Made by a program: the position numbers and the translations under genes. DNA of 64,000 bases, from positions 1,488,001-1,552,000 of the forward strand of contig JBODTK010000013.1 in NCBI GenBank assembly GCA_050613775.1, read 5' to 3'. This DNA comes from Neocallimastix sp. 'constans'. Lineage: Eukaryota. Position 1 is the first letter of the stretch. The number at the start of each line of letters is the position of its first letter. Of the stretch, positions 36,598 to 51,865 are shown one piece after another. A model generated the notes under the pieces. It was not told the origin of the DNA, did not search any database, and saw only the letters and a program-made list of their open reading frames with translations.

Positions 36598-39500
36598 TTA
36601 TAGGTATAATAATATTGAAAGTGCTGTTATTATCACCAGTAGTATATATGAGAAGGAAATAGTTATTGAACGTATAGCCAAACTTGGATTACACTTTTTA
36701 TTGTTATCTGAATCATCAGTACATACAACATATCCCATGTTACTTACCGAACAAATTTCTGGTTCTTTAAATTGATTAAATTTAACATAATTTTTAACAC
36801 ATAATAAATCAAAACTTGCTTCTTTATCCTCAAAATTGTAGGTACAATTAGTATATACGGCTGGAACTACTGGAAGATAATTACGACCTTTTCTTACTGT
36901 AGCAGTGGAATTATTATTACGAGCAATTTTATCGACAGCATATCTAACCTTTGAAGGATAATCATTGCTTAAAATGGTTGGGAAATTAATAACATATTTA
37001 GCAGAATAGACACAATTCTTCGATGACATCTTATTTAATTTATTTCCGCTATCACATTTATAGTAGTACTTATCAATATAATAATATTCACCAACGTTAC
37101 ATGACTGAATCTTACAAATGGTTTCTTCCAATTCTTCAGAATCATATTCACAATAGTAAATTTCACCATTATTTGTAAAAACATAACCAGAATCTGTAAT
37201 TGGTTGACAGTCATCATCAAAACATTCATACATCTCCTTATCTATTGTGTAATAGAAACCAATACTTACTTTTTTCTCAAGAAGAACTTCATTTGATTTT
37301 ATACTGAACTTATAAACATAGGTTTCCTTTGGATTAACCGAAATATAGGCAAAGCCACCCTTTTCGGGAGCTTTCCAAACACCATCTTCTAATTTATACA
37401 TGGACTTTCTTACACTGTCATAATAATAAACATTTTCTCTTGGTTCATAATTATTACAATTCTTTCCAACACAGCCATAGATGACAATACTCTTTGGTTT
37501 CAAAGAATAATCCTTATATTCTGCGGTTGAATTAGAAGACTTAGTTACTATATAATAGGCAGTATTCTCGATCATGACAGCAGAGAATTGATCCATTCTG
37601 TAGAGATAGTTTGAAAATCCATAGATACTATTTTCGATGTCATTACTCTTATAGCATTCTCCAGATTCACGAGATTTAATATCTCTGGTTGTTAAGGCAA
37701 GTTCACCTAAGTAAGTAATACAAAATTCTCTTCTTTCAAGATCATACTTTGGTGTACATTGGTTATTAGCATAAATACAGGTAATATCGGGTGAATAAGC
37801 AAATGAATATTCTTGAACTTCCGGATCATACTTTATAATTTTTTTATTAATATCAGCGATATAAGAAATTGTCTTTAATTTATCAATTATAGTACAGCTT
37901 GAACCATTACATTTAAAAATTTTAACATTAGCATTATTATAATCTTCTATTTTATTTCCAGAGACTAAAGTATTTTCAATGATGTTAATAAAGTAATAAC
38001 CTATTTTAACAATTTGAGTAATACGATTATCATCAAGATGATAAATATTGGAACCTACGGTATAGTAATTTGATTTATAAGCTCTTGAAACTTCAATACA
38101 ATTAGAATCAGTAGTGGTGGTAACAAAAGTGGATGGAGAACCTCCAATAACATAAGTTTCAACAATAATAGTATCAGTGGCAAAATACATTTTTGATCTA
38201 TCATAACTGGTACAGAATCCACCAGCACCTAAAGTTCTTGTTGCTGTACTTGTTGAGGCATAATCACTATTAATATAGCATTGATTATTGTTAAATGTAC
38301 AGATTGGAATGAGGGCCAGTTCAGCTGGTGTTAATTCTCTACAATTTTCAGAATCACAATTAATTAAATTATAAATAGTACTTCTCTTTTGAAGACCTCT
38401 TCTTCTTCTTATTTTAGTTCCAGTAGCGGTGGTAGCCGAACGGTAAATACCATTGGTGGCAACAATGGGATTACATTCCGATTCATTACAATCCACTAAA
38501 ATATTAGAATCATTGGTAACATAGGCACCAGGACTTGTTGCCTCTAAACCACAATTTATATTTCCACCAAAGTTTAAGCAATGAACAATATATTTAGTAG
38601 TAAGAGTACCCTTATATCCAGAGACATAATAACCTTCATTAACATTTTCCTCGGAACATTGAGATCTTGATATACAATTAATTAAAACATTTGGAGTATG
38701 AGTAATATAGTAACCAATATTTGGAGTGATAATACTACAAGAATTCAAATAACATCTAATGATAATTTTTGAAGTTTTGACAGCACCAGCGTTGATGAAA
38801 TAACGGAAGTTATTAATTGATTGATAAATACATCTAGTTGAATTACAATTAATTACACCCATTCCACCATAGGCTAAATAATAGCCAATAGTCGAAGTAG
38901 TAGTTTCACAATGGTTAGAATCACAATATATTAATTTATTTGTACCATTATCAAAACCTGCATTAATCATATAAACATCCTTTGGTTGAATAGACTGACA
39001 TTTTCCGGTAGAATCACAATCTAATACATAAACAGTTTTATGATTTACAAGTCTACTTCCTAGAAATAACAAAGTAAAATAAATAAATTTAAAATTAAAA
39101 AATAATTTTTATGTAATATTTATTATATTAAATTTGCTATTATAAAAAAAAATTTAAAAAAAAAAAAAGATATAAAAAAAAAAAAAAAGACAATTAAAAC
39201 AATATAATATCATTATGAAAAAAAATTGCGATATAAAGCAAAAACTAAAAGAAAAAAAAATCTTTTTTCTTTTTTACATTCCTTTTACATTCACAAAATA
39301 ATAACAATAATAATAATAAAAATAATAAATTATGAAAAAAATTTTTTTTCTTTTAAAATGTTTAACTTTTATATATTCAATCAATATTTACCATCAAGAT
39401 AATAACCAGGAGAAGTAATTGTAGTTAAGGAAGAACCATTACAGAGGAATCCTTTCGAGTTTTTAGAATCATAAATATATTCTTGATTTGAACATAAATT

Positions 39501-41542
39501 GATGATAGTACAAATGGCTGTGGAGCTTACACAGTTATAAAGAGCAACATGTGAAGATAAAGAGAAATTTTCGGAATAATTACTTATTCTAATTTTTGTA
39601 TTGGAATTAACGGCAACAATACCATCTTCAATTACTTGGGTAATAGAGCTTTTAGAAATTTTAAATAAGGTATTAATAGAGTAAGGAATTCCAGGGAAAG
39701 TATCCCCTTCAACTTGAGTGTATATATAGTTGGCTTGATTATATTCATCACTGGAAACATTGATAAGGTAAGAGCTTTTTTCATTTTCATCTAATTGGGT
39801 TCTAGTATCATTTAATTCGAATGATTTGAATACAAAATTAAGATTATCATCATCATCGTAACAATAAGTTCCTGATTGAAATATTGTTTTTTCTGTGACA
39901 CCTAAACAAGATTTCGAGCTCTTAGAAACACAAGAAACTTGACATTCAATAATATTATTATCACTCGATCCAGTATCTATGTAATATCCAGGAATGACAT
40001 CAACAGTATTACATGAGTTTAGACTTTCACAATAAATTAATCCATAATATTTGTTGTTACTGTATGTGGACTGATCAAGGAAGTAACCCGTTCCTAGTGT
40101 AGTTAGTTCAGTAGGTAAACAAGAAGCATCTGAGCATTCAATTAAAGGTTTCTCTTGCTTATCATTTTGATTATTGATATAATAACCTTCATCCGCTTCA
40201 ATATATGCTATGGAACAAGAATGCTCTGTAGTACAATGAATTAATGAATTTGAACTTAAATACTGGAAAATATAATAACCGCCAGTTTCACCATTTTCAT
40301 ATCCACATCCATTAGTACTATCACAATATATCAATGGCTTATCATATCTATTTGCACCACCGTTTACAAAATAACCTACACTTGGGGTGAGCTCTTTCCA
40401 TTCATTGTCTAAATATAAAAATATTTGATTATTATACGATAAATAAAAATTACTTTCATTTGCTTCAACCGCTGTACAATTTGTAGCTGAATTACAATAT
40501 ATTAATGGTGTATTATTATTTGTATCACCATTTATATAATATGCATCAGGAGAAGCCACAATTTCTTCATAAGGAGCATCAGATTTAGCTTTTATTAAAG
40601 GATTAGTGACCTTATTACTACCTGAATTTATATAATATTCAGTGCTTGAAGGTTTAGTAACGTCATTATATAAAACTCCACAACCAAAATCACTTAAACA
40701 ACGAATAATACTTTCTGTTATACCATTACCACTAGAGTCAAAATCATAACCAAGATAATATCCTTCATCTGCATAAGTTCCAGATGTATTACGTGTATCT
40801 CTTGGAACGACTTCATACATATTGCACGTTTCCTTAGAACAATCTATTAGCCCATCATTTGTACCCATTTTGAATATAAAATATGGTGCGTCAGCTATTT
40901 CTGTATCAATTTTAACATCGCATGAAGAATCATCTTTACAGTAAATTACTGATTTAGGATTATCACCATTAATGAAAAATACTTTGTTTAAATCTGCTGT
41001 TGCTTTCAATTGACATGAACCACTATTTACGCAATAAACAATTCCGTCATCATTTAATTTAAATGCTTGATGTGAACCAATATTAGTTACTATACTATAT
41101 TCTAAAGCACTAGTAACTTTAATTATTTGTACACCATTATATAAGTTTACAAAGTATTTATAGTCTTCTGGAGAGATATTACTAGTGTCAATAGCAGTAA
41201 AACTTGAACTTAAAAACATATACCCTGCTAATACTGTTGAAGAACTTGAAGTTGCTGATAAAATTTTGTTATTATTATCAAAAAAAACGTATTCATTATT
41301 GTTAATATTTTGTATGGAAGTTTCTTCCTTAAATGCTCCTGTGCTTGCATTAGTACATTCTTCTTGATCTTCATAACTTTGATTACTTAGTGTAGACAAT
41401 TTATTATTTGCATCTTTACAATATGTTCCAAATGTTGTAGTTCCACATGAACAATCTGGTAATACTCCAGAAACGACCTTAAATTTAAATAGTAATAACA
41501 ATAAAATTAATATAATGGATGTATTCCTAAATAAATAAATAA

Positions 41543-41578
<36 letters not shown>

Positions 41579-41902
41579 TCAATTAAACAAATTGAATATA
41601 TTATATATATATATATTTATAGATAGATAAAAAGATAGAAAAATATAAAAAATATTATTAATAATATATTAGAAAAAAAAAATAAAAATAAATAAAAATA
41701 AAAATATAAAAATATAGAAAAAAAAAAAAGTAGATAAATTATTATGTTATACATTAATTATTATATTCTAAAATGAATACATATATATTTATATATTATA
41801 TAATTTATAATGAATTTAATATTATTATTATTTTTATTATTATTATTTTTTTTTTTTTTACCTTGAACTGAAGTTCAATAGATTTCGTCTTTTAATATTC
41901 AT
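36598..41902 (-). CDS. Secreted, membrane-anchored Cys/Tyr-repeat protein, fungal cellulosome scaffoldin-like, ~1545 aa; exons 41862-41902, 39392-41526, 36598-39059
   Basis: The spliced length of 4638 nt is in frame. The N-terminus MNIKRRNLLNFSSR|NTSIILILLLLLFKFKVVSG resembles a signal peptide. There are many ~35-40 aa GYYxN(x)n(P)LIxCxxxxxC repeats and a hydrophobic C-terminus ITISFSYILLVIITALSILLYL*. This architecture matches the scaffoldin family described in Neocallimastigomycota. Confidence 0.85.
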
Positions 41903-43239
41903 TTTATATATTATATAGATATGTATTAATAAATTGGGTATTTCTTTTTTTTTTTTTTTTATTTAAATTTTTTTTTTGTTATTGCTTATTGTTGTCTTAG
42001 TGTTGATATTTTTTATTAAAAATTTTTTATTATTGCAATAGATATGAGTTAAAATGAAATGTATATAATAATGAAGAAAAGATTTTTGGGGAAATTGTAT
42101 GTTATATATATTTAGTATTATTAATATTCGTTAGTAATTTATATCTCTATTTTTATTTATTAATTTATTAAAAATAGTTTTTTTTTATTAATGATAGTTT
42201 ATATACATAAATATGCATAAAACATTAAAACATTTTATATGTTTAATTGAAATAATTCAATTATTATTATGATCTCTTGAATATAAATATATACCTTTAC
42301 TAATTTTTATTTTTATTTTTTTTTTATTTTTATTTTATTTATTATATAGGTATTTAATAAAATGGTAATATATATAAGCAAAAATTTCAATAAATAATAG
42401 TTATTTATTTCATAGATTATAAAAAAATAGAAAATTTTCTTTTTTAATAGATATAATGCAAATAATATTTATATGAAAGTAAGAATTCTATCTTACTGTA
42501 ACAATAATAAATATAAAACTGTTTTTATCTATCTATTATATAATAATGACAAATTAATTTATCATTATTTATATATATTTATTATGAAATATTTATTTTA
42601 TTTCTTTTTTTTTTTTTATTTTTAAACAAGAAGAAAAAAAAAAGTAGCAATATATTAAAGTAATCAGTTAATACTACTTAAATACTATGATTGGTTTTAT
42701 CTATGAATAAAAATAATCAAAAAAAATAAAAAAAAATAATAAATTAGAAATAAAACAATAAAATGAAAAATAAAATGAAAAGAAAGAGAAAAAAATTATA
42801 TTAAATTGTAATAATATTATATTTGATATGATAAAAATATTTATTTCATTATTATTTCTTTTACTATTATTAATACTACAGTAATTTTAGTTATTTTTTT
42901 TTATTGAAAAAAAAAAATACATTTAATAATATAGAAATTGTTTTTAATAATTATTATAATTATTTTTAATGTTTATTCGTACCATTTATTAATTTTTTTT
43001 TTTTTTTAATGATTTCAAACTTTAAAATTGTTTATTTTTAATAAATAATTTTTTTTTTAAAATATAAAAATAAAATAATTATATATATATAAAGAGGATT
43101 ATTATCTACTGTGCTATAATATATATCTATAAATTTATATATATTTTCATTTTTAATAATTAATTCTTATTTATTTTTATTTTATTATCTTTATTTTATT
43201 CTATTTTCATTTTCATTTTATTTTTTATTATATATTTTG

Positions 43240-43286
<47 letters not shown>

Positions 43287-44015
43287 ATTTTTTTTTATAA
43301 TTTAATTAAAAAAATAATTTATTTAAATTAAACTTTAAAATTTTTATTTTAATTATTTTTTTTTTTTTTTTAATTAAATAATAAAATTTTAATAATAAAA
43401 TTTTTATCTATTATTCATCAAAAAAAAATTTTTTTTTTTTAATTTTTTAATATTATTTAATTTTAAATGATTGATTATCCATTTTTATTTATAATTTTTT
43501 TTTCCAAGTTTAAAAATTTAAAATTATTGTATAAGGTTCAATTTATTTTTAAAAATTTCTTTTTAATTATTATTTATAAATTTTGTTAAAAGAAGAAAAA
43601 AAAAATTCAATAAATATAATAATAAATCAAATATTATTCTCATATAATATTAAATATAATTTATTTTTTAAATAATTGCATTTATTAAAAGGTTTTATTA
43701 ATATTTAAAAAAATATAAAATTGAATATATATAAAATGAATAAAAAAAAAATAAAATAAAACTTCTTAAAATATCATTTAAACGCTTTGATATGATTATA
43801 ATTTTTTTTAAAAAAAAATAAATAATACTTATTAAAGTATTAATAAAAAAAAAAAAAGGAAAAGAAAATAAAATGTAATGCGCAGTTATAAAAATATGAA
43901 TTACTATAATTTCATATTTTTATTGGAAATTTTAAATTAAATATCATTAATTTAGTTTAATTTTGATTTTATATATATATTTTTTAATTTTTTAATATTT
44001 TAAAAAGTTATATTG

Positions 44016-44056
<41 letters not shown>

Positions 44057-45575
44057 TAGTGCGTAGTTATAAATATTTAAATTTTATTATAATATTATTT
44101 TTTTACTGGAAAACCTTATTTAGTAACAATTATTTAGTTTAATTTGTTTATATATATATATATATTTTAATTGTTATACTACTTCACTAAATTAATATAA
44201 CATAATATTTAAAAATAATTAACAAGTTATACAAGAAAAAAAAATTTTTTTATCTTCTTAATTCTAATATTTTTTTTTATAAAAATCGTAAAGAAAAATA
44301 ATTCTATAATAAATTTAATATTGAAGCATTCAAAATAATGTCCCTTTTCTTTTTTTTTTTTTTTTTTCTATTATTATTTTTTTTATATATTTCACTACTT
44401 TTAGAAATATAGATATAAATACGTTTATATATATTTTCAAAAATTTTATTGTTATTAATATTAATATGTATATTTATATGAGAATAAAGTTTTGAAATTA
44501 ATAATTATAGATTGTTTTAGACTGTTTTAATTTTAAAATAATGAATATTTAATTGAAGATATAAAAAATGATTTATTATATTTGTTTTTAAAATATATAA
44601 ATTTATTCAACATTTTAATGTAATTTTAATAATAAGGATAATAATAAAAGTGAATAAATATATTATAAATAAATTTTTTAATGTAGATAGATTTAAAAAA
44701 TTACATAAAATAACTAAAATTATAAAAAAAATTTTTTTTTTAGGATTATTAATAAAGATAAAAATATTACTAAAGCCTATAAATATAATTTTTTAACTAT
44801 CTAATGTATAAATATATAAATAATATAAAATTAATCTTTAAAAGAAATTTTAAAAGAAATCATTTTTGTGTTCTTGCTTTTTCTTTATTACTAAAAAGTA
44901 AAAGCAATATTAAATATAAATGTATTTTTTGAATTAATAATAATATTAAAAATGAAATTAAAGATAACATTTGTTTTAGAAAGATTACAAAAAAGTAATT
45001 TATATATATTACAAAATGAATAATAGATAATTCAATACTCAAGAAAATGATTAATGAATTATTTATTTGAATTTTTATTTTGTTTATTAAACATAGAATG
45101 TAGGGTTAATTTGTAATAATATGTAATAACAAATGTAATAATAATTAATGTAGTAATAAGTTAATTATAATAATGAATAATTATTTTAATAATAAATAAT
45201 TATAATGATAAATAATTATAATAATGAATAATTAAAATAATAAATAATTTATTATAATAATAAATAAAAATTATCATTATTATTATAATTTTAGTTTTAA
45301 ATGTTTAATATTTATATCTAGATCTATATTATTATAAATATTTTTATTTGTAAATGAAAATTTTAAACAAAATATTTACATAAAAATTAAAATATATATA
45401 AATAATTTAATTAATTGATTAAAAATTTTATAGTCAACAATTTTTTTTGAAATTAAAATTTATTTTTAATATCATTTACTTTATTTAAATAATAATAATA
45501 ATAATAAATAAATATAAATATAAATATAAAATAAAATAAAATAAAATAAAATAAAAATTAAATAAAGGTGAAAAA

Positions 45576-47224
45576 ATGGTAATAATATATTATAATTAGA
45601 ATTGAAATAAATATGTATAATATATATTTTTTTAGAAAAAAAAATATAACTATACAAATATATTTATTTTGAATTCAGTAAATAATAATTTCTATTTCTA
45701 AAAAAAAATAATAATAATAAATAAAAATAATTTATATATAATAGAAATTTTTGAATATTATTTTAAACTAGAAATTTTTATCATTTAGAAAGTATTATTA
45801 TTAATATTTTATAACATTTTACTTAATTTACTGTATTGATGTATATTAGGAAATATTTAAAATTAAATTTTAAATTAAAGAGAGAAAGGAAAAAAAAAAA
45901 AAAGAATTATTTATAATAAGCAAATTTCTTTAATTAAATTATATTGATGAATGATAAAAAAAAATTAAAAGAAAATAATTACACATAATTTAATAAATAG
46001 GTTATATATATTAATATATATTAACAATGAATTATTATTATTTGTAGAGTACAAACGTTTTTAAAGTCGATCCAGAACTTACTAAGGCTATCAAAAAGTT
46101 CAGAACTAGAAGAAGTAAGACTCATTCTGCTTTATTAAGTAAGTAATAATAAAATAATAAAAACAGTTAAAATAAATTTTTATTATTGAAATAATATACA
46201 CTAATTAAAATATTAATACAATTATTTTTTATTAATTTAATTAATTAATTATTATTATCATTATCATTATCATTATTATTTTTGACAATGTATAAATATT
46301 TATAATATAATTAAATTTTATGGAATTGTATATGATAAAAAAATGTATTATATATAGTTAGAATTGACGAAGAAAAACTTGTTATCGAAGAAGTAAATAT
46401 TAATTTCGGGAAAAGAAGAAATTTAAATTAAAATATTTAATGAAAGAATAAATATTTATTAGAACTTTATATAATAATATATAATAAAATAATTGAATTG
46501 TTTTAGGACGAATTTATTGAAGATGTCAATCTTGACGAATTTTCCAATGAATTACCAGATGTCGATCCAAGATACATTCTTTTATCTTATAATAGAGTTC
46601 ATGAAGATGGTCGTCTTTCCAACCCATTAGTTTTCATATGCTACATTCCAGAAGGTTAATATATTAATAAATATATAATAAATATATAATAAATAAATAA
46701 AATATAATATTATATACACAAATATATATTATTATAAATTATATTAAATTATATAATAAATAATAATAATAATAATGATAGTAATAATAAAATGTACAAT
46801 AATAATAAAAATGTTAAAATATTATTTAAGTGCTATTAAAAATAATTTAAATTTAATCTAAATTTAATTAAATAATATTTATGATAATAAAATATTTTTT
46901 TAGGTATTCCAACTCAAACTACAATGCTTTACAGTTCTGCTAAAAATCTCGTTCAAAGTGAATCCTTAATTAATGGAAAGGTATTTAAGTTAATATAAAA
47001 TAAAAATATATTTTTATAATTATATTATAATTTAAATTTATATTAATATTAATAATTATTAATAAATAAATATTATATATTGTATATATTTATATATATT
47101 TCTTTATATATATCTTTATATATATCTTTATATATATATATATTCATATTATTTATAATAAAAGGCTCTTGAATTAAGGGATGCTACTGATTTTGATGAA
47201 GAATGGTTACTTTCTCAAATTTAA
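45576..47224 (+). CDS. GMF: Glia maturation factor (ADF-H family, Arp2/3 debranching), 6 exons; the ATG-only first coding exon is inferred
   Basis: M|STNVFKVDPELTKAIKKFRTRRSKTHSALL|IRIDEEKLVIEE|DEFIEDVNLDEFSNELPDVDPRYILLSYNRVHEDGRLSNPLVFICYIPE|GIPTQTTMLYSSAKNLVQSESLINGK|ALELRDATDFDEEWLLSQI*. Missed by the ORF track because the exons are short. Confidence 0.9.
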
Positions 47225-48931
47225 AACGACTATTAAAATAAAATAAAACAAATAAATAAAAAATAAAAATAAAAAATAAAAATAAAAATAAAAAATATAT
47301 AATTAAGTAAAAAGAAATAAAAATATAAATAAAAATAATGAAATACTTATAATAAAAATAAAATAATATTAACATTAATATCAATGCATATAAAAAATAT
47401 ACATGTAATAAATTTAATAGAGGAATTCAAATAATCTTTAATTTTTTTATATATATAAGCAATAACAAAAAAAAAAAAAAAAAAATTTCTAATTAACACA
47501 GTTTTTTAAAAAAATATTAAATAGATAAATTCAAAGATAAAAATAAAATTTACTAAAATAAAACAAAACAAATAAATTAATAAAAATAAAGTAATATATA
47601 TATTCATATATATTGAATATTTTAAAAAATATTTAATGGAATTAATAAATTGAAATATAATACGAAGAAAAGTGAAATTAACATATAATAAAGATATAAT
47701 CAAAAAGAAATGATTTTTGATAACAATTAAATAAGTAAATAATAAATAAATAATTAAATAAATTTGGCATTAAATAATTTATTAAATAAAAATGAAAAAA
47801 TTATGTTTACTTAAGGAAAAATGTAAAAAAATGTTTACAAAATTTAAAGAATAATTTTCATATTTTTTATATTTATCAAAGTATTCAAAATTTTGGTTTA
47901 TTTTTAAATATTATTTCATATTCTATCTATTTTTTTAGATAAATTATTAAAATTTTTAAGTATTTTAATACGAACTAACTAATAATGGAAATTTATTTAT
48001 TAATTCATTCATTTATTTATTAAAAGTTCTTTTTAGAAGTTTTTATTTTTATTTTTATTTTTATTTTTATTGTTTTATATGGTCTTTTATTATTTAAATA
48101 AAGAGTTTAATTTTAAAAAAAAAAATGTTTATATAAATATATAGAAAATTAATACATTCATGGTACATGAAAATATTTATATATTTTAATATTATAATAT
48201 TTTTATATTTTAATATTAAAATATAAAAATATGAAAATATTTTATTTAATATAAAATAAAATAGAAGAATAAAAAAAATTTTTTATTTATTTTATAAATT
48301 TTAAATCTTCTTCAAATTTCAAATCGTAAAAAAAATTATTATTAACTAAAAAAGAAAAAAAAATTATATGAAACCAATTTTTGATAGTTCATTTAAAATT
48401 ATATTTTATGTTATATGAAATAATAACAAAATTTTAACTATTTTGGCTGTATTAAATAAATAAATAAATAAAAAAATAAATAATAGAATGCATAATATTA
48501 ATAGGAAAGGAATTATTTTAAAAAAAAAATAAAAAAATAAAAAAAAAAAAGAGCTGAGCATTTCTTTTAATATATATTATTGAATCTTTATATAAATAAA
48601 ACAATTAAATTAATATCTCGAATATTATGTACTGACAATGTAATTTTCAGAAGAGTAATAAAATAATCATTTATAAATAAGAATATTAAATATCTTTTAA
48701 AAAAGAAAAAAAAAATTTTTTAATTAAAATTAAAGTTTTTGTAAAATTTTATGTATTGCACTAAAAATTTTTTTATATAAACATTATGTGGCTTTATATT
48801 ATGTGGCGCAATATGGATAATATATATATATAATACTTTTTTTTATAAAAAATTTTTAATCTTAGTTTTTTACTTTTTATTTTTTATTAAAAAATAGTTT
48901 TAGTTCAACTTTAATATATATATATAAAAGG

Positions 48932-49047
48932 ATGATTAAATCAAAAAAAATAAAAAAGAAGCATTTAAGAAAAAGAAGTTCATCTGTTCTTGATGAGGAA
49001 GAAAATGTTGAAGAAACAAGGTTTATAAAATAAGTACATTTGTAAAA

Positions 49048-49105
<58 letters not shown>

Positions 49106-50885
49106 TTATATAATAATTTAAATAAATTTTTTAATTGAAGTAGCATTTTAAAATTAATATAAAATTAATAATTAATATATTTAAAATAACAATCTTATTA
49201 AATCAATGTTAAATATTATATACGTATAATAAATTATATATAAAGTAATTTAATTCAGGAAGCTATGGAGATTAGAAAATTTAGAAAGAGACCAGAAGGA
49301 ATGGAAACAAAAGATTTATCAATTGGTGAAGAGAATCAGAAACCAATTGATGAGGGAGAAGAAAAAAATAAAGAACAGGTTTCAAAGTAAATAATATATT
49401 TAAATAATAAATTTTTAAATTTAAAATGAAGTAAAAAATTTCAAATAAATTATTTTTTTTTTTTTTGTTTTATTATAATTAAAATTATTAAAATTGAAAT
49501 TTGTATTTTATTAAAAATTTAAGAAATTTTGGAGATAATGGAATTGTAAGTTCTTTTAAAACACAAACAAATTATATGGATACTGAAAAATTAATGTAAG
49601 TATTAATAAAAATCATAAAAATAAATTTAAATATATGTATAATTAGTGGTAATAGTTTTTTTTTTTTTTTTTTTTTTTAATATTTGTAATTCATATATTT
49701 TATTATAAATAAAATTAATAAAATTCATTAAAAATTCATTAAATTTAATATAATAATTGTAAAATTCTCATTTTGATATATAATATATATATGTAAAATA
49801 TTATTATAAATTTATTTAAAGGAATAAATATATTGAAGATGAAATTAGAAAAAAGAGAGGTGAAAAAATTGAAAAGGAAGAAGAAATAGAAGTAGAACAA
49901 AGTACAGCAACAGATGATTTTAATAGTATGTATGAAATTCCAGATAATCTTAAAGTTAAGGAAAAATATATTAAAGAAGATAATGTCACCACTTCATTAT
50001 CTATGCTTACTTCTATTCAAGAAGTCGACCTTGGAATAGAGTAAATATTTTAATAATAATAAATTTTATTTTTTTTTTTTCAAATTTTATAAGTTTAATT
50101 TTTTTTTTTTTTTTTTTTTTTACATTTAATTATTAATTTTTCATTATAATATAAAAAAAAAAAATATTTATGTTAGAAATAAATTAAAGAATATTGAAGC
50201 AACAGAAAAGGCAACGAAAAAACTTGAAGAAGAGAAAAAGAAAAAGAAAAATACAGTTGTAAGTGTTATATATATATATATACATTAATATAAAAACTAG
50301 CATAATTCGCAAAATAAATAAATAATTATAAAAATTTATTTCAATGTTAATATTCATTTCTTTTTTTTTAATTTAATTTTTTAAAGAAAAATCTTATTGG
50401 AGTTTCAATGGCAGCTGAAAGATGTAAATAATTATATATAATATATATAAAGCTATTATTATTATTATTATTATTACTATTTTTGTTTTTCAGTTTTATT
50501 TAACCGTATATAAATATATATATATATATATATATTTTTTTTTTTTTAAAAAAAAAAATAAAAATAAAAAAAAAAAAAAGTTTATAATGCTAAAACAAAT
50601 GATAGAAGATATGATCGTATGTTTTATGATAAAAATAAAAATAAAGATCAAAATATTAAAGATTCTGATGATAATATGTCACAGAAGGAAATGAGTAAAA
50701 ATCCAATTATTAATAAAATCAATCGAGCCAATAATCAAAATTATAATTCCAATAAAAATAAACATAATAATAATAATAACGATATATCATCATCACATAA
50801 TTCATCAGGAAGAAATTATGATAAGAGAAATATGGCAACGGATGATATTGCTTTTGAAAGATTTAAAAAACGTTTCAGAAGATAA
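48932..50885 (+). CDS. TLS1: C9orf78/Tls1 (HCA59 family) splicing-associated protein, 7 exons
   Basis: EAMEIRKFRKRPEG, FKTQTNYMDTEKLMNKYIEDEI, MYEIPDNLKV, MLTSIQEVDLGIENKLKNIEATEKA and C-terminal ATDDIAFERFKKRFRR*. Confidence 0.9.
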
Positions 50886-51130
50886 TTAATTTATTCCTTT
50901 TTTTTTTTTTTTTTATATATTTTTTTTTTCTTTCATATTTATTATATTTTAAACCCATCTTTATTTTCTCTTTTTAATCCTTTTTATTATTTATGTAAAG
51001 GGAAAATTAATTTAATATTTAATCTTTAAAAACTTTCAAATATTTATTGAAAAAGCAAATACTTTATTTTATATATAATAAAAAATTAAATTAAAATAAA
51101 TAAAATAAAATAAAATATTAATAATAATTG

Positions 51131-51826
51131 GAATTCTTTAAATTTCATCGATGATCTCTATGTTTTATTCCTTAGGAAGATTAGAGCGTTTAATCCTCTT
51201 TCTTCCTATGACTCTATTTCTGATTTTGAAGATTATATCAATCATTATATATACTTGTTCCTTCTTGGTGGGACTTTAGTTTTAAATGAACTACATTTCG
51301 ATAGTGGGGAACAGAGACATTTAAATGAACTACTTTTCAAAGGTTCATCTGAGTCACCTGTTCCAAAAATTGTGGGCTTGGCGGAATTCTTAACAAATGC
51401 AATACCTATCATAAGTAGTTCGTTTGAGCTATTATTTGATAGGTATTGCAAAATATCAAACTTAACCAAGAGCGTCGACGTCGTACTGATAAGGCATAAT
51501 GAAAATACAGGATTATCATCTATTACTACGAAGGGTGATTCTCGCCCTAGTAGCTCAATAAATGATGAATCCGGGGAGAGTTTAGTGGACACCACACTAT
51601 CTATTTTAAGGATGTTACTTCTAAATTTTATTTCTTTTTTATTTGATAGGAAGGGTAAAATTCCCGCATAGTACAACTTGCCGAAATACATAGTATTTTC
51701 GAGCTTTTTTATTTTTTATTTTTTATTTTTTAATTTTTTATTTTTAATTTCTAATGTACTTTTCACCTACATGTATTTTTTAAAATAAAATTTAATAAAG
51801 TTTTTGGAAGTGTATTCTCTTCCCTG

Positions 51827-51857
<31 letters not shown>
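51131..51857 (+). mobile_element. 5'-truncated non-LTR retrotransposon-like insertion: ORF C-terminus, 3' UTR, poly(A) and a 14-bp TSD
   Basis: ATTAATAATAATTG occurs at 51117-51130 and again at 51858-51871, immediately after a ~28-nt poly(A). The + frame is open from the 5' junction (NSLNFIDDLYVLF...YLFLLGG...GLAEFLTNAIP...) to TAG at 51671. Higher GC than the flanks. Confidence 0.88.

Positions 51858-51865
<8 letters not shown>

Noticed and set aside
51245..51691. 148-aa minus-strand ORF
   Set aside because: Most likely the antisense shadow of the + frame (shared third codon positions). The poly(A) and TSD orientation indicate that the + strand is sense.
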